DNA from: Ramazzottius varieornatus
Lineage: Eukaryota > Animalia > Tardigrada
NCBI GenBank assembly: GCA_001949185.1
Contig: BDGG01000011.1
Span: forward strand, 1,013,552-1,077,551
Length of the DNA stretch: 64,000 bases
Reading direction: 5' to 3'
Made by a program: the position numbers and the translations under genes. Shown in pieces: positions 23,431 through 36,096 of the stretch. Numbering within the stretch: the first letter of the stretch is position 1; each line of letters opens with the position of its first letter. The notes below the pieces were generated by a model. The model did no database searches. It worked only from the letters and a program-made list of their open reading frames with translations, and had not been told where the DNA came from.

Positions 23431-26400
23431 ATGTCGGATTCCGAGTCGGACGAGCCGAGCTATGAAGTAGCAGAAGTCCTGGACACGACGGGCAAGCCGC
23501 CGAACCGGGAGTTTTTTGTGAAATGGAAGGGATACGACGAGTAGGTGAAGACCGAAGAAGTGCGAATTGCAGAAAACGGTATCAGCTTTGCATTGCCCTT
23601 ACCTTTTGTTCTTGCAGGTCCGAGAACTCATGGGAACCCGAAGAGAATATGTACCACCTGGTGGTGGTGCAGGAATACGTGAAAAGAAAAGGCCTCGCTC
23701 CGGTTTACGATCCGGAAAAGGAAGAGGAACGAAAGAGTACGTTCGAACCACGCAGAGTGTATGATGCATATGAGAAACCTTCACGTTTGGTTGGATCTTT
23801 AGACGCCGAGAGAGAACGTGAAAGAGAAAAGCAAAGAAAGAGGGAAAAGGAGAAGGAAGTGGAAGGGAATAAGAAAAAACAGGAGAAGAAGAATAATTCG
23901 AACGCTGGATCACGTAAGCTTTTAAGATTCCACATTCGGTTGATTGCTGATTGATACTGTTAGACAGTTAACTGTGACGTCACGGTGCCGCCGTGCTGTA
24001 ACGTTATCTAGGCCCTCCTCGAACTGTTTTGCGTGACGTCATGTGCCGCAGTATGCAATGTCGGTTGCTGGGTTGCCTTTCTAGTGTCGGACGAGGAAGT
24101 CAAGCGAAGATGGGCGGAAGAGGTAGAAAGACGTAAGTTGATGCCTGCTGCTGTTATCGGCTTTCGAGCCGGGTTGCGTTTCAGCGCTTACGAGTTCCTT
24201 TTAGGAAGAAGAGCTGCGAAAGAGAAGGAACAGGATAAGCCACAACGGCGCGGTAACTTCCATGTCCTCTTTCGCAGCCATTCCACACTTTGTTTTAGCT
24301 AATCGATTTTTATGTTGTTTCAGCCGGAAAACAGCTGTCGACAAAAGAGCAGAAACTAGCTGAAAAACAAAAAGATGGTAAACTACGACATAGAAAACAT
24401 TTCTATGTTTTTAATAACATGTCGTGTGGTTCTCCCTTTCGAATAACCTAATCTTGAATGACTCACTAGTGCGTTCGTTTTTTTGGCAGAATTACTAACC
24501 AAGCAACTCGAGAGCGAAGGATGGAAGGGCTTCGAGCTGTATAAGGAAAAGAGCAGGCGGAAAGAAAGTAAGACAGTGACGAGCTTTCTTCCTCTTGTGG
24601 AATACCTGTTAGACATATCAGACTGGTTTTTCTTTAGTTGAAGAAAATGGAGGTGTCGTGACCCCGATCCAGCCTCCCGCTACATCGATTGCGAAGTCTC
24701 CATCAGGCGACTCTTCGTCCGAGATGGCTCGCGAAAAGCCAGTCCATAAGCCCAAGCCAAAACCTGCACCAGCTCCCGCCCTTGACTACTCGTCCGACGA
24801 GGAGATTCCCATGATCACAGCCACTCCAAGGAAAGCGCCATCTGCCAAAGTAGCGACGCTCGACGATGAAAGACAAAACACAAGCGCGTTCCGCGATTCA
24901 TCGCCCGAAATTCCTGTTGTAAGGTTTGAACTTCTTTTCAGTGTACCAAACCTAAACTAAATTTTCCCATAAATTCTGTCATAATAAAGATCCACAAATG
25001 TATACGAAGAGAAAACAGGATTTCGGCAAAGAAACTCGGCCCGGTTGTTTCCCAAGTGGCGCAAGCTTTCAGCCGACAAGCCGGTAAAACGCGCCACTGG
25101 GGAAAACGGTATTGTCGAGCTCTTATTTGCCGAGCTGTTAAATGTAATCCAGCGTTTAGGGATTGCAGAACCAACAATTCTTCATCAGAATAGTGATGCT
25201 GAATTTTTCTTCTGCTATTTGCAGATCAAATCGGCAGTTCCGCCGAGGCCGCGTCCAAAGAGGCCCGTCTCTTCTTCCAGCAGTTCGGATGAAGCGCCAG
25301 GACCGGTCGGATCAAGCAAAGCCATGGCTGCTTCAGCCGCCAGACAGCCAGTGGAAGCTCTGGACTCTAGTTCGGAGCTTTCCGACAGTGAGGACCGAAA
25401 GAAGAAAGACGAAGAAGAAGCGGAAGAGGGTGAACCAACTTATGCCGTCCGCAAAGTTCTCGACATGCGCGGAAAAGCGCCCGATCGCGAGTTCCTCGTC
25501 CAGTGGGAAGGCTATGACTCGTGAGTCCTTTTCTTTCAGTCTTCCTATGATACTTGGAAGCTCACTCTTCTGATATAGGTTTATCAAAGTTTCTGAATAT
25601 AATATTTCGAAAATTCGAAAGTATCTTTTTCGTCCTTCTTTAGACACTACCGGAAATTGTTTGTCGGAATTTCGGCACGCGGTTTTCGTGTATCGACTTC
25701 GCAGCGAGTAACGAGGCTCATGCTGTATAAATTACAGATTTGAAAACTTTGATATTCGCATATTCACAGAGAAAGCTTCTTAAATTTTGTTTCTGACAAA
25801 TTCACCTGATCTAAATTCCTGATTTCACGCATTTTTGCACGTTGCAGAGGTGACGATACGTGGGAGCCTGAAGAAGGTGTGGGCCATCTCCTGATCGTGC
25901 AGAAATTCATTGCTGACCGAGCAGCGTGGAAAGTGGCCAGCTCGGCTGGCAAGAGCAAGAAACGTGACTACTCTGGCACCGAGGACGAAAGAACGAGAAA
26001 GAAGGAAAAGGATGGTAAATACGGCCACAACAAAAACTTTTTCAATCAACCATCAAGCAAAGCCTCCACGTCCTACAAACAGCCGAACAAGTATGGGCCG
26101 TACTCGAAAAGAGGAGGAAAAGTTCCTGGAGACATTTACGATGGTGAGTTTGACGCAAAGCAAACCTGCGTTCAGCGACCCATGCCTTTAATGTTGTGGG
26201 TGTTTGTACGGAGGTGCAAGCGAGTATCCGCAGATATAGTTTGCCACTTTTGCATGCACCCACATACTGGAGACATTGTTAAACACGTATCTTGATGTAT
26301 GCAGGTGGTTGAAAGTTGGCTGTGATGGCTTGTCGACCTGCCACTGTCAATCAATCCTGTTTTATTTTGTAGAAGGAGCTGGCAGCCCTCAGAATGTTCC

Positions 26401-27963
26401 TGCCTATCCACCCGAAGACGAAAAGATGAAGAAGAAGTTCTTGGCCAGTAGTTTTCGCATCCCGAAAGCTAAGGGTGGTGATGGCAGAGGCGAGTCTGTC
26501 GTCGAACTCGCTGCTGATGGGAAGGCTAGTAGCCCCGATGACGACTATGCAAACGGTAAGCACCTTCAGATTCTCGATGATATTTCGAAGAAGATACTGT
26601 GCGATCAATCTATTCGTCTTTAATTCTTTTTTAGATGAGGAAATTCTAGAAGGCGGCTTGAACGATGACGTGGCGATGACTCGGATGGTGCTTGGACGTA
26701 AGTCATCCATTGGCGTTTCCTCTTATGTCGGAACTCGGTAGACAAGCTCGACAAGATCGTTTTCCAAGCGGCGCACGTATACGGCTTTGTTGGTCGTGAG
26801 CGTGCGCCAAAGGGAGAGCTTGGCAAGATTGTTTTCCCAACTGGTGCAAGTTTTTAGTGTTATTGGCAGTTAGCGGGCGCCACTTGGGAAACTGATCGTG
26901 TCGAGTTTGATCGCCGAGGTCGCAATTTTCAATTATGCAAAGTTTGCCGTAAATTTAAGAAGAATATCGTGTGATGAAGCGTTGGCTTATGTGTTTAGTG
27001 GAAATCAACCATCCTGATCCAGACAGGAAGCCCGACAAGTTTACCACGAAGCTTCTCGATGACGAGCTGATCGACAGTATCACTCGGCCGGTAGACGATA
27101 ACCGGTTCGATGATTTGTACAAGCGTCTGCAGTTTCTGAGGATTGAGTGTTCGTCTAAGTTCAGCCAGGAACTGAAGGTGCCAGCCGTCACCGCTCCCAC
27201 ACACATGTTCGAGACGGCTATTCCCCGCTTGGAAAATCAAGGCTGGCACAGACCTGTTCGTACCCGCGAGGTTCGTTCCATGAAACGATATCAGATAATT
27301 CATCCAAAAAAGAATCGCTTATTTCGACCGCTCATTTCCAAAACCACCATTTGGGATCTGTTTCGATTTTGGTTTCGTTAGATGGGAAGCTGACGAAGGA
27401 AACGCACAAGGTTATTATCTTCAAGCGGCGCGCACTTCCAGTCGGCACACGGTAGACGTGTGCCACTTGGCAAACTGGTCTTGTCGAGTTTATTTGTCGA
27501 GCTCCCAAACACATACGTATTTTAGTGAAACATTTTCAGGGTGCAAAATTCGAATTTATTCTCTTTTTTCGGTTGTTACCGATGATCGAAAGTTTACTTT
27601 ACGCACTTAGATGTAAAAATTAATCTTGACGAATTACAAATCCAGGCTTGGAGTGTACTGTATAGTGTATCTTAATGCCTCGATTGGTCATAGGTGATTG
27701 GTAACTACGTAGATTACTTCAAGAAAGATCTCCTTCCCGCTTACCTCAAACATACTCAAGGCGAGAACATCAACGGCACGGACCTGTTCAAGATTGAACA
27801 GAAGGAAATCGCGCTGTACCTGCGGACCCAATTGAAAAAACCCGACGTTATGCGACATCTCGGGCGTGATGTTATGAACTACGAGAAGGAAAAGTCCAGA
27901 GCGCAGACACAACGCTGTGTCAAGATGATCCAACGCCCAAGAATTCCGGTCGTTGGTCAGTAA
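23431..27963 (+). CDS. Multi-exon protein with two chromodomains, charged linkers and an unassigned C-terminal domain
   Basis: CD1: YEVAEVLDTTGKPPNREFFVKWKGYDE|SENSWEPEENM (23431-23660). CD2: YAVRKVLDMRGKAPDREFLVQWEGYDS|GDDTWEPEEGV (25441-25890). Many small GT-AG exons lie between and after them; the final exon ends RIPVVGQ* at 27963. Confidence 0.8.
25023..25133. mobile_element. Intronic hairpin element (family C)
   Basis: TCGGCAAAGAAACTCG..TTTCCCAAGTGGCGCA...CGCGCCACTGGGGAAA..GTCGAGCTCTTATTTGCCGA. Confidence 0.65.
26733..26918. mobile_element. Intronic hairpin element (family C), two tandem units
   Basis: CTCGACAAGATCGTTTTCCAAGCGGCGCAC..GTGCGCC, then CAAGATTGTTTTCCCAACTGGTGCA..GCGCCACTTGGGAAACTGATCGTGTCGAG. 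Confidence 0.65.
27390..27503. mobile_element. Intronic hairpin element (family C)
   Basis: CACAAGGTTATTATCTTCAAGCGGCGCGC..GTGTGCCACTTGGCAAACTGGTCTTGTCGAG. Confidence 0.6.
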
Positions 27964-28843
27964 CCGCGTTCAGGCTCACTCTTTTTACGGAATCACAATA
28001 TATTCTGACAGTACAACAGTATAAGTAATTGTTTTGCTCTCTAGAAGTCGTACTTTAGGCAATTTTCGGACTTTACTGTAGACTTGATGGTTCTTGTTTT
28101 TGGCCTGCTGGTTGCCTCTAACACGTGATTTTTTGACTTGTTAAATTTCGAATGCATGGCTTGGTAAAAACCTGCGGAGAACTGAGATATTTTCAGGTAT
28201 TGACTGCGTTCTGTAGTTCATAGTCGGTGCGGGCAGTAGGCTAGCCTTTTTTCACAGTACGTGGCGACTGCTGTGGGTTACAGTGATAACAGAGCGCAAA
28301 GTAAAATTCTAAGATGTTTGAAAATCATGGACCTAGCTGCGCAAATGGAACAGCAAGCTGATCAAAAGGCTCCTTACCAGCGATTTCTAAGTTGTTTGGC
28401 GCGCGCGAGTAAAGAGGGTAGATTTCAAGCCTGGCATTCAATTAGTTTGCGCAATACTGTAATGCTTCCTGAATCTCAAGCACTGATGTCACAGTACGCG
28501 TGCACCATATGCATCACTATACCCGTAAAAGTTGCGCGGTTGTGACGTCAGTGCGTGAGATTCAAGCATTACAGATACTCAATTGTTGGGGCTCCAAATG
28601 GCTTGACTTGCAAACGACCTGGGAGGCTTCACGGTGCCCTAAAACCGACGGCGACAGGGCCTTCTGGAGTACGCCGCTTGCAACTGAGCCTGCTCTACCT
28701 TCAAAGTTTAGGGAAGTACAGTGACTTCGTAGAGTACACATAACGGAGCTTCAACGAGGTTTGAACATCGCAAAGTGTCTGATATCCTGGTCAACAAGGC
28801 ATGCTCCAGCGATTATTGAGCGAACACTGAAGTGTTTGCGCTA

Positions 28844-29242
28844 AAGGGCAGGTTCGGTGCGGTGCAGTGAAACATTTTTTCCATCCTTCACCGAGTCAGT
28901 GAAAATTCTTTCGCCGCAGTGAAGGATGGTGAAAGCCTTGAAAGTGTAGCAGTGATTGACTGATTGACTGACACGATTAATACAACAGTCCGCGCGGGTT
29001 ATATGCATGTATATTTATTGATTGTAGCAAAGGTTTGTATTGAGTACGAGCGCATAATGAGCTATTCCAGACCGTTTGCGGACCATCGCGACAGTCGTGT
29101 CAGTCGGTCAGACAATCAATGGCTCACTTTCAAGGCTTTCACCATTCTTCACCGTCCTTCATCATCCTTAACAGCGGTGAAAACATTTCACTGATTCGGT
29201 GAAGGATCGTGGAAATGTTTCACTGCACCGCAACCTTCCCTA
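28844..29242. mobile_element. ~400-bp foldback MITE with hAT-like (T/A)AGGG termini
   Basis: TGCGGTGCAGTGAAACATTT..ATCCTTCACCGAGTCAGTGAAA..GGTGAAAGCCTTGAAAGTG is mirrored by CACTTTCAAGGCTTTCACC..TTTCACTGATTCGGTGAAGGAT..AAATGTTTCACTGCACCGCAACCTTCCCTA. Confidence 0.7.
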
Positions 29243-31806
29243 TGCCAAAGCCTGCACAGCGTTCTGGGTAGCGACACAGAAAACGCTAATATCGATCCCC
29301 GGATCCAAAAAACCCTGTTATTAAACATCGGAAAGGCTAAAAATTCGAAGGAAAGAAGCACAGAAAACGCTTTTTCATCCTGCCAAGAAGAACTTTTTCT
29401 GTGTCCGAAAATATGCAGTTTTGGAACACGGATTAATATTTATTCAGTGTCAAGAAAGCTATAATTTAGCTATCCCTTCGACAAAAAAATCTGCATAATT
29501 CATGCGCTAATTCTGCTGTGCTTCCTAGCTAAAGGAAAGGTGGAAAAACATGATTTCTGAAGAGAAATTTAATTTCATCGAAATTTGTCCAAAATCGCAG
29601 AACAGTTCATAAAACACCAAGAAGGCAGCTAGTTTCAATATTTTATAGAATTGAGCAAGAAAACAACCGAAACCAAAAGACACCCTGTGCACCGAGCTCG
29701 GAGAGACTTCAACACCGCAACACCACAGTCAAAACAGAAAAGAATAACTATATGAAGGTGGAGAAAGGATGTTTGTTTTCAGCTGCAGTTCAGTTGACCC
29801 GTAAAATGAAGCAGTAGTCAGCTATTGGATAACTGTAATGTTCACCAAGAAACATCAAAGATGGCTCCAGTCCCGAGCTGACTGACAATACGTACCGGAC
29901 AGCTTACGTGGTGAAATCTGCGAGTTCGCTATTCAAGCTCCCATACTGCTTACTGGCGTGTCCTGTGATGCGCTATCCATTTCACGTAGAAGAAACAACG
30001 TGAACCCTGGGACCTGCAAGATAAGAATCACCATATAATTACAAGTAGTCAATCAGCGCAGACATAATCACCGATACCAAAGTCACCAAACGACCAAAGG
30101 ACGGGAGACGCCTTAGCACGGACAATCATTAAGCTCGAGGTGGTCCTTAGCAATCTCGAGTTCTAGAGAGTGAGGTATCTACCTTGTGGCTGATGTCTTC
30201 GAGCTCGGGCAAAAGACGGCGAGAAGCGACCTGATCAAACGGGATCGCTATGCCGTAGCAAAACGCTGTCCATCCGACTCTAATTTTTTTTTAAAATTAA
30301 TTTTTAGCCAGAATTTAGTTTTTTTCGACGCCCTACGTTTCCCCAAGGATACAGAACCGTTCGCCCTGACCTCTTATTAAAAACAAAACTGCTGGATCAA
30401 GCCGGGCGCGGTTGATTCAAGTTGGGAAAATTTTCAGCTGTATTAGTGAATTCTCTGTGGTAGGAATACCAGACGGAAGTTCTGCCCGACATTTCCGACT
30501 ATTGTGCTTCCTATATAGGAGTTGCAGCACCTTCCACGCGGCAGCACGTGTCGGTTGCATGATGAAGGATTTAACGGCTGGTACTTTCAGAGCAGAGTGC
30601 TCTCCACCAAAAGCACTTCACAAAGCTCTACGCTACAGAAATCGAAATTCGCCATGCATTGAGTTTGCGTACCGCGAAGGTACCGACGGAGATTCCCACA
30701 AGGAAGATCTCCCATCTAAATAGCACGATTCAATCGCGTACTGCACTCATTCAGGCGCAGGGCTGCGAGTGTGCCTCCGAAGTACGTATGCGTTTGTCGC
30801 GCCCCAGCATGAGATGCAGATTTGTTACGCACCACCTTACTTCCGATGGGTGGCGACATGCACTCCAGCGTCGCCCTAGTATTTCTGAACCAGTAAAGCC
30901 TAGGCAAACCTCGCCATTCCATGCCAGCAGCCCAGTGCTCCATAAAAGCTGGGCCGATTTAGCCGTTAACTGATGGAACATTTATCACCATTAGTCAACC
31001 CACCCTGATTTCATACAGTCGTCCGACTGAATTATTAGGATGGCTTGTAGAAAGCGGATGGTGTCTCTAGCTGTCACTGCTACAGTAATTGGTAGACCTC
31101 GGTATCAGGGCTGGGGTCCCTCTGACCTATATTTCATTCTGTTTTAGTTAGCATACAAACTGGCCGAAAACAAACACTCAAAAATTGGCGTTTCGATGGG
31201 TGGTGCATATTCTGTCGAATAAAAAGTTGGAAGCACAATACGCGAACACCGAAAATATGTCGTCCAGCCACTGTTCAGCCAGGAATAAAACTGGACTCTG
31301 TTTGAGTAATCGTACCCTTTCTGGAGTTTCTCCCGTTCAACAAAAGACGAGAATTTAAAAAATAGGACAAGCTGCTCAGCGATCAACAGACTCTGTAATC
31401 TTTGGTGCCGAGCAGGTTACCGCAGATTTCCGCGCGTTTTGGAGGTTGTTGTATCGTAGTTTCATACGCTGAAGGCACTAGCTTTGAGATGTCTCATGTT
31501 GCGATGATTATCGAACTCATTGAATTATTCAACTCTGGGATAAAATTACCTTTGCCAGCTAGCATGGGCTTTGGTGAAAACCCAGGAATCCTAAAGACAA
31601 CGCCAGCGACTGATCAAGATGGAAAGTTCCACTGCCGGCACTTGGTGGTAAAGCGGACAGTTACTTCATGGTATAGGCATTTTTTCTGGCATAGATAATT
31701 TTCCCATTGTTTAAAATCTTTCTTTACCATTACGAAGGTGAGTCTCAATTGTTCGTTGTCTTATCCTTGGTCAGCTTCGGCGCAGACCACTGTGGACAAC
31801 ACATGG

Positions 31807-32260
31807 GTTTCGGCAGCCCAATTTTTGGCACGTTATTTTTGGTATCAAATGACCCTTTTCTGACATGAAATTTGAGAGAATATTCAGGGGCATCGGATAT
31901 TAGCTTTGCATTACCTCACCGTGCCTCAAAGTCTCACACAACTGTTCGCCCTTTTGGGAAGACACTCTGGAGAATTTCAGGGGTGACCGATAACAGAAAC
32001 ACTTCTACCAGGGGATTTGTCGCCAAAACGACTGTCTGCGGATTTTCATGCTGCAGGACGTCATCCTGACGTCAAAACTTTCTCAGTGAAGAAATCCAAA
32101 CCCCTTCAGACTTTCCCGACGTAGCCATCTGACCACTGGTCAGACGGCCAAATGGTTATCTGAATTTTGTTGCTCGATGTTTATTACGCTAGATGGCATT
32201 TGCAGTTGAAGATTGCCCCTGGGGTGCCAAAACGTCAAAACCGTTTCCCGAACAATCGCG
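31807..32260. mobile_element. Diverged second copy of the family B element
   Basis: Colinear shared blocks with 8463-8929: CGGC.GCCCAATTT, ATTCAGGGGCATCG, GTTCGCCCTTTTGGGAAGA, TGACGTCAAAAC, ACGTAGCCA.CTGACCACT.GTCAGA. Confidence 0.65.
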
Positions 32261-32440
32261 ATATTAGTCAGCCACATGTCATTATTGCACCCAATACGTC
32301 ATCGCTCCAGAACCTCTACCAGCAGGGGTAGGAAACCCGCCTAACTTCACCGTTTACTGTTTACGAAACGACTGCAGAAACGAATAGTGTTGTTTTACTA
32401 CTTGATAAAACGGTGCTGCATGTGATGTTGCCAACATATA

Positions 32441-32593
32441 CTGTAGTGCTACCAAATTATCGCGCACTCGACCACGGGAACAGTGAATGATGTCCGGGTG
32501 AGAGTCATCGTTGCTACAGTGCCAGCATTTGGTCATACTGGGCAATGATGACTATCACGCTGTTCAGTGCGCGATAATTTGGTAGCACTACAG
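32441..32593. mobile_element. Tc1/mariner-type MITE, 28-bp perfect TIR, TA target duplication
   Basis: TA|CTGTAGTGCTACCAAATTATCGCGCACT ... AGTGCGCGATAATTTGGTAGCACTACAG|TA. Confidence 0.8.
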
Positions 32594-32699
32594 TACGTTA
32601 CTATTGCGATCAAGAACGTGAGGACATGGCAAATCAATCAATTATAATGAAGGCGGAGTTCGGGACGGTATTACAATCAAAAGTTCTTATAAACTTTAT

Positions 32700-33720
32700 G
32701 GAACAGACTCTCTGAATCACCACCTGGTTCGCAGATCATTACTGAGAAGGAGATCCTCCAAACGCTTTTCCATTGTTCCGTACAACTTCTCACAGCTCAG
32801 GGGTTACTAATTTATCCCATGCTTCATGCAACAGCCTCTCTAAATCCTGCTTCGTATTCGGACACCTCTTTACGATGTACTGCCACATGATATTCCAAAC
32901 ATTCTCGATGGGATTCATATCTGGAGATGACGGTGGCCACGGAAGAACGAACAATCGACACTTTTTGAGGTAGGCTTGGACTAGCTTGGCCTTGTGAGAC
33001 GGTGCGTTGACGTGCATCCAATCTTTTTGCGGCGTTCCCAGATCTTTAGCATTACTTTCTTGGCAAGCAGCACTGAGTAACAGAAGCGGTAGATGGATCT
33101 TTCAACGATGAGGAACGATAGCGACCCGTCCCGAGTAATCGATCCGTAGCACATAACACTGAAACTCACAGGTGGAAGTTTCCTTTGGAAGTCTGCATTG
33201 TAGCGACTTTCTCCAGGGAAAAGCCTAATCTGAACAAAAACTAGGATCGATTGTTGACACAGTAATCTTCTCAACATTTTTGCGCATGAAACATAACGCC
33301 TGCACTTACAGTATGCCGTCCACAGGCAAACTTGTCATCGGCTTCATCGCTGAAGACAACGTACTTCAGGTAGTTCTTGTCTTTCTTCAGCTTGTCCATT
33401 ATATCCATAACCCAAATTACGCGCATAGTCCGATGGTGATAAGTCAGAGGATTCTTCACAGGAGTAGCATTCTTGGCCCTGAGCTGCTGCAGACGAAGTC
33501 GGACGGTTCACTCAGTGACCTTGCTTTCTTTTTCGGTACAATCTTGTTCACATTCAGCCGCGATCTTTCCGAGTCTGCTCGCAGGCCAGTCACGAGCTTT
33601 GCGGTTGTGGGCAAGATGTCTTAGGGTGTCCTCGAAATGGTCCGAAGTCCTCTGTGGGGGCCTTTCTTCTTGGCGATGACACCACTCAGACGTCGACACT
33701 CCAGAAGATCAAATGCCCAC
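32700..33720 (-). pseudogene. Decayed Tc1-family (DD34E) transposase
   Basis: Fragments KYVVFSDEA, SVMCYGSITRDG and NAPSHKAKLVQAYL...LPWPPSSPDMNPIENVWNIM...LHEAWDKL sit in different frames. The second catalytic Asp reads Val (HVNAP). Confidence 0.85.
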
Positions 33721-34059
33721 TTTCGAGAATGCCCTGAGTAATGTCAAATTTTGCTCCCGCTGACGTTGTCTTCTCTCATTCCCCTAACTGCTTTTACCAG
33801 CACGACACTGACCCTGTGGCCTCGACTCATTTGGAATTATATTATAGAACACAATGACATCACAGAAGAGATTACAGCAACTAAGAGGTCAGTAAGACTC
33901 CCGGTATCACAAAGGACCGCCTGGTACGCCTGAAAACAGCTGACTGAGCCGGAGACTTTGATCAAGGCTTTTGATTGTCATGACGTCACGTCATAGAGTC
34001 AGTTTTGATTGATTGATTCGCCATGTCCTCACGTTCCTGATCGCAATCGTAATTGGCCG

Positions 34060-34915
34060 ACTAACTACTTCTTTGATCCCCATCCAGACGCCGCCGGCTA
34101 TACGTGCAGACTTAACGTAGAGGGGAACCAGGTGCGACAATGCTGCAAGGATCCGAATGTCGGACTAAATGGAAGCCCAACTGGCCCACCCAGAGCACCC
34201 GCACTAATAATCACTCTTGTTCCAACCACTCCAGCTCCAACCACAACCGCTCCCACAATACCGGCTCCAACGAAGTCGGCTCCGACTACCCCCCACTCAC
34301 TGATCGCAGAAATAAACAGCTGGCCCATAGTTGTGTAGCGGCCCACAGTTACGTCACATGCGTGTGTATGTACATTGCCTTTGCCTTTGTTTTTTTGACA
34401 GGCACCAAACTTCCATTGTCTGTGTAACGGTTACTCACTTAGGTTTCCAGCCTCAAATACACCTTGCATTGGTCTTGTTAGGAGAGTAAAAACTACCACT
34501 GCGATGTGGGCGACAAGCACCGGTGCACGTGTCTACAAGCCGAACTGCGACGATCGATCTGACGCGACATTCCGTTGCAGATGAGCCAACGGTTACTATA
34601 AAATGAACCCATGCAGTCGGAATTACTGCGAGTGCCAGAACGGCACTGACACGTATTTTTCCTGCACCAGTGGTCAGTATTTTGATTGTAGCCTGCCACT
34701 TGGAGCTAGTTCTTGTCACTTCGGCAGTTCTACTTGATGCTTACCAAACGCTGGCTTGAATGGTACGCCCTCGAAGACCCAGGCTGAAGTTGCTCTATAC
34801 TCAACGCTAACAACTGCCAAGCTCGCAATGGCGCAAACATGTATTACGCTTTGGATTGCTGTAGTCACTACTAGTGCTGCTTGCTACAGTAACACCAACG
34901 CCACAGTTCAAACGC
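34060..34915 (+). pseudogene. Decayed paralogue of the peritrophin/mucin gene at 39141
   Basis: YFFDPHPDAAGYTCR..QVRQCC matches YFFDPNTAAPGYTCR..QVTQCC. Further fragments PNCDDRSDATF, GYYKMNPCSRNYCEC..TYFSCTSGQYFDCSLPLGASSCHFG and ARNGANMYYALDCCS..CYSNTNATVQT carry stops and frameshifts. Confidence 0.8.
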
Positions 34916-35516
34916 GTTGCTGTTACATCATCAGGTCATGCAAAATATGTTAACCGCAGGTAGAGTCTGTTGTCGGTATTAGATTCGTGGTGCCGAAGCA
35001 TGCCAATGGCTTGGAACCTTTATTACACTTACTTCTCTGGTTCTTAAAAGTGCAGTAACTTCATGTTTCCTGTGTCAAAGAGCTTCCAACCACTTCTTAT
35101 TGTTCGGTCCGATCGTATCATCCATGCTGTCTGTTCACCTGTAGTGTTCGTGATTCGCGGTGTGACAACTGTAGGTCCGAGTGCTGTTACACCCTGACTG
35201 CCTCCGTCTTTAGAAACTGAAAGCAGTTCTAACAAAGTTGTTTGATCACTCACCACAGCCGATGTGGCTGACGAGACAGAAGTACTTGGACAAACTTGGA
35301 CGGATTTTTGCGAGCGCTGGGCAACCTAGAAGACCATACACGCGAACTGCGCAGTGCTTTACACTTCCTAACAATCAAACTTTTTCACGCCTTGTCCCAA
35401 TCGATTGCTGACTTTTTGCCAAGTCCACCAAGGGCGTGTCGTGGTTCCAAAGCGGTCGGCAATTTGCCCCTTTTTCTACGAAGTTATGATGGAGTATCAG
35501 TCAAGCTTGTGCCGTG

Positions 35517-36096
35517 CACGGGCATGACAGGAAACTTCGTAGACAACAGGCCAAATTGCGGCCCGTTTTGAGACATCGACACGCCCTTGTGTTACACCGG
35601 TAGGGTTGCTAATGGATAGTTCACACAATTATCCGGATCGAATTGGACACCGATTCGGAGCCATCCAGAATCCAGACCGATGGGTGGAAATCCTATCCGG
35701 GTGGATGCTGAATGGATGAATCTCCCATCCGCATGATTCTGATCGTACCCGAATCAGAGTTTTACTTATCAGATATCAAGAAAATCCGTCGGACAGGGAT
35801 CCAACTGGACGTTTGATTATTGGTAGCCTGAGCTGCCTGCTTACAAAACCTACGTGCGATCTAGTCTTGAGGATTTAGACGGAACAAGGCGTGTAATGTT
35901 TAAAGCTCCAAGTGATTTTGAGTTGCTACAATGGTCGAAAGTCTTGCTGAAGCGGACAGAAAGCTCAATGGATGGAAGTCCCATCCGGATTAGATCAGGA
36001 TAGAAAGATGTTTATCCGGTTGGCGGTATCCGGATTGATCCGGACTGATCCGGATCAATGCGCGGTCGGATTAGGCAGCCCCCAGCCATGCCCCTG
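35517..36096. mobile_element. Degenerate hAT-like non-autonomous element with ATCCGG subterminal repeats
   Basis: Clusters of ATCCGG/CCGGAT at 35630-35760 and 35980-36070; imperfect termini CACGGGCATGACAGG and CCAGCCATGCCCCTG. A related CAGGGGCATGGCTGG hairpin lies at 36314-36360. Confidence 0.45.
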
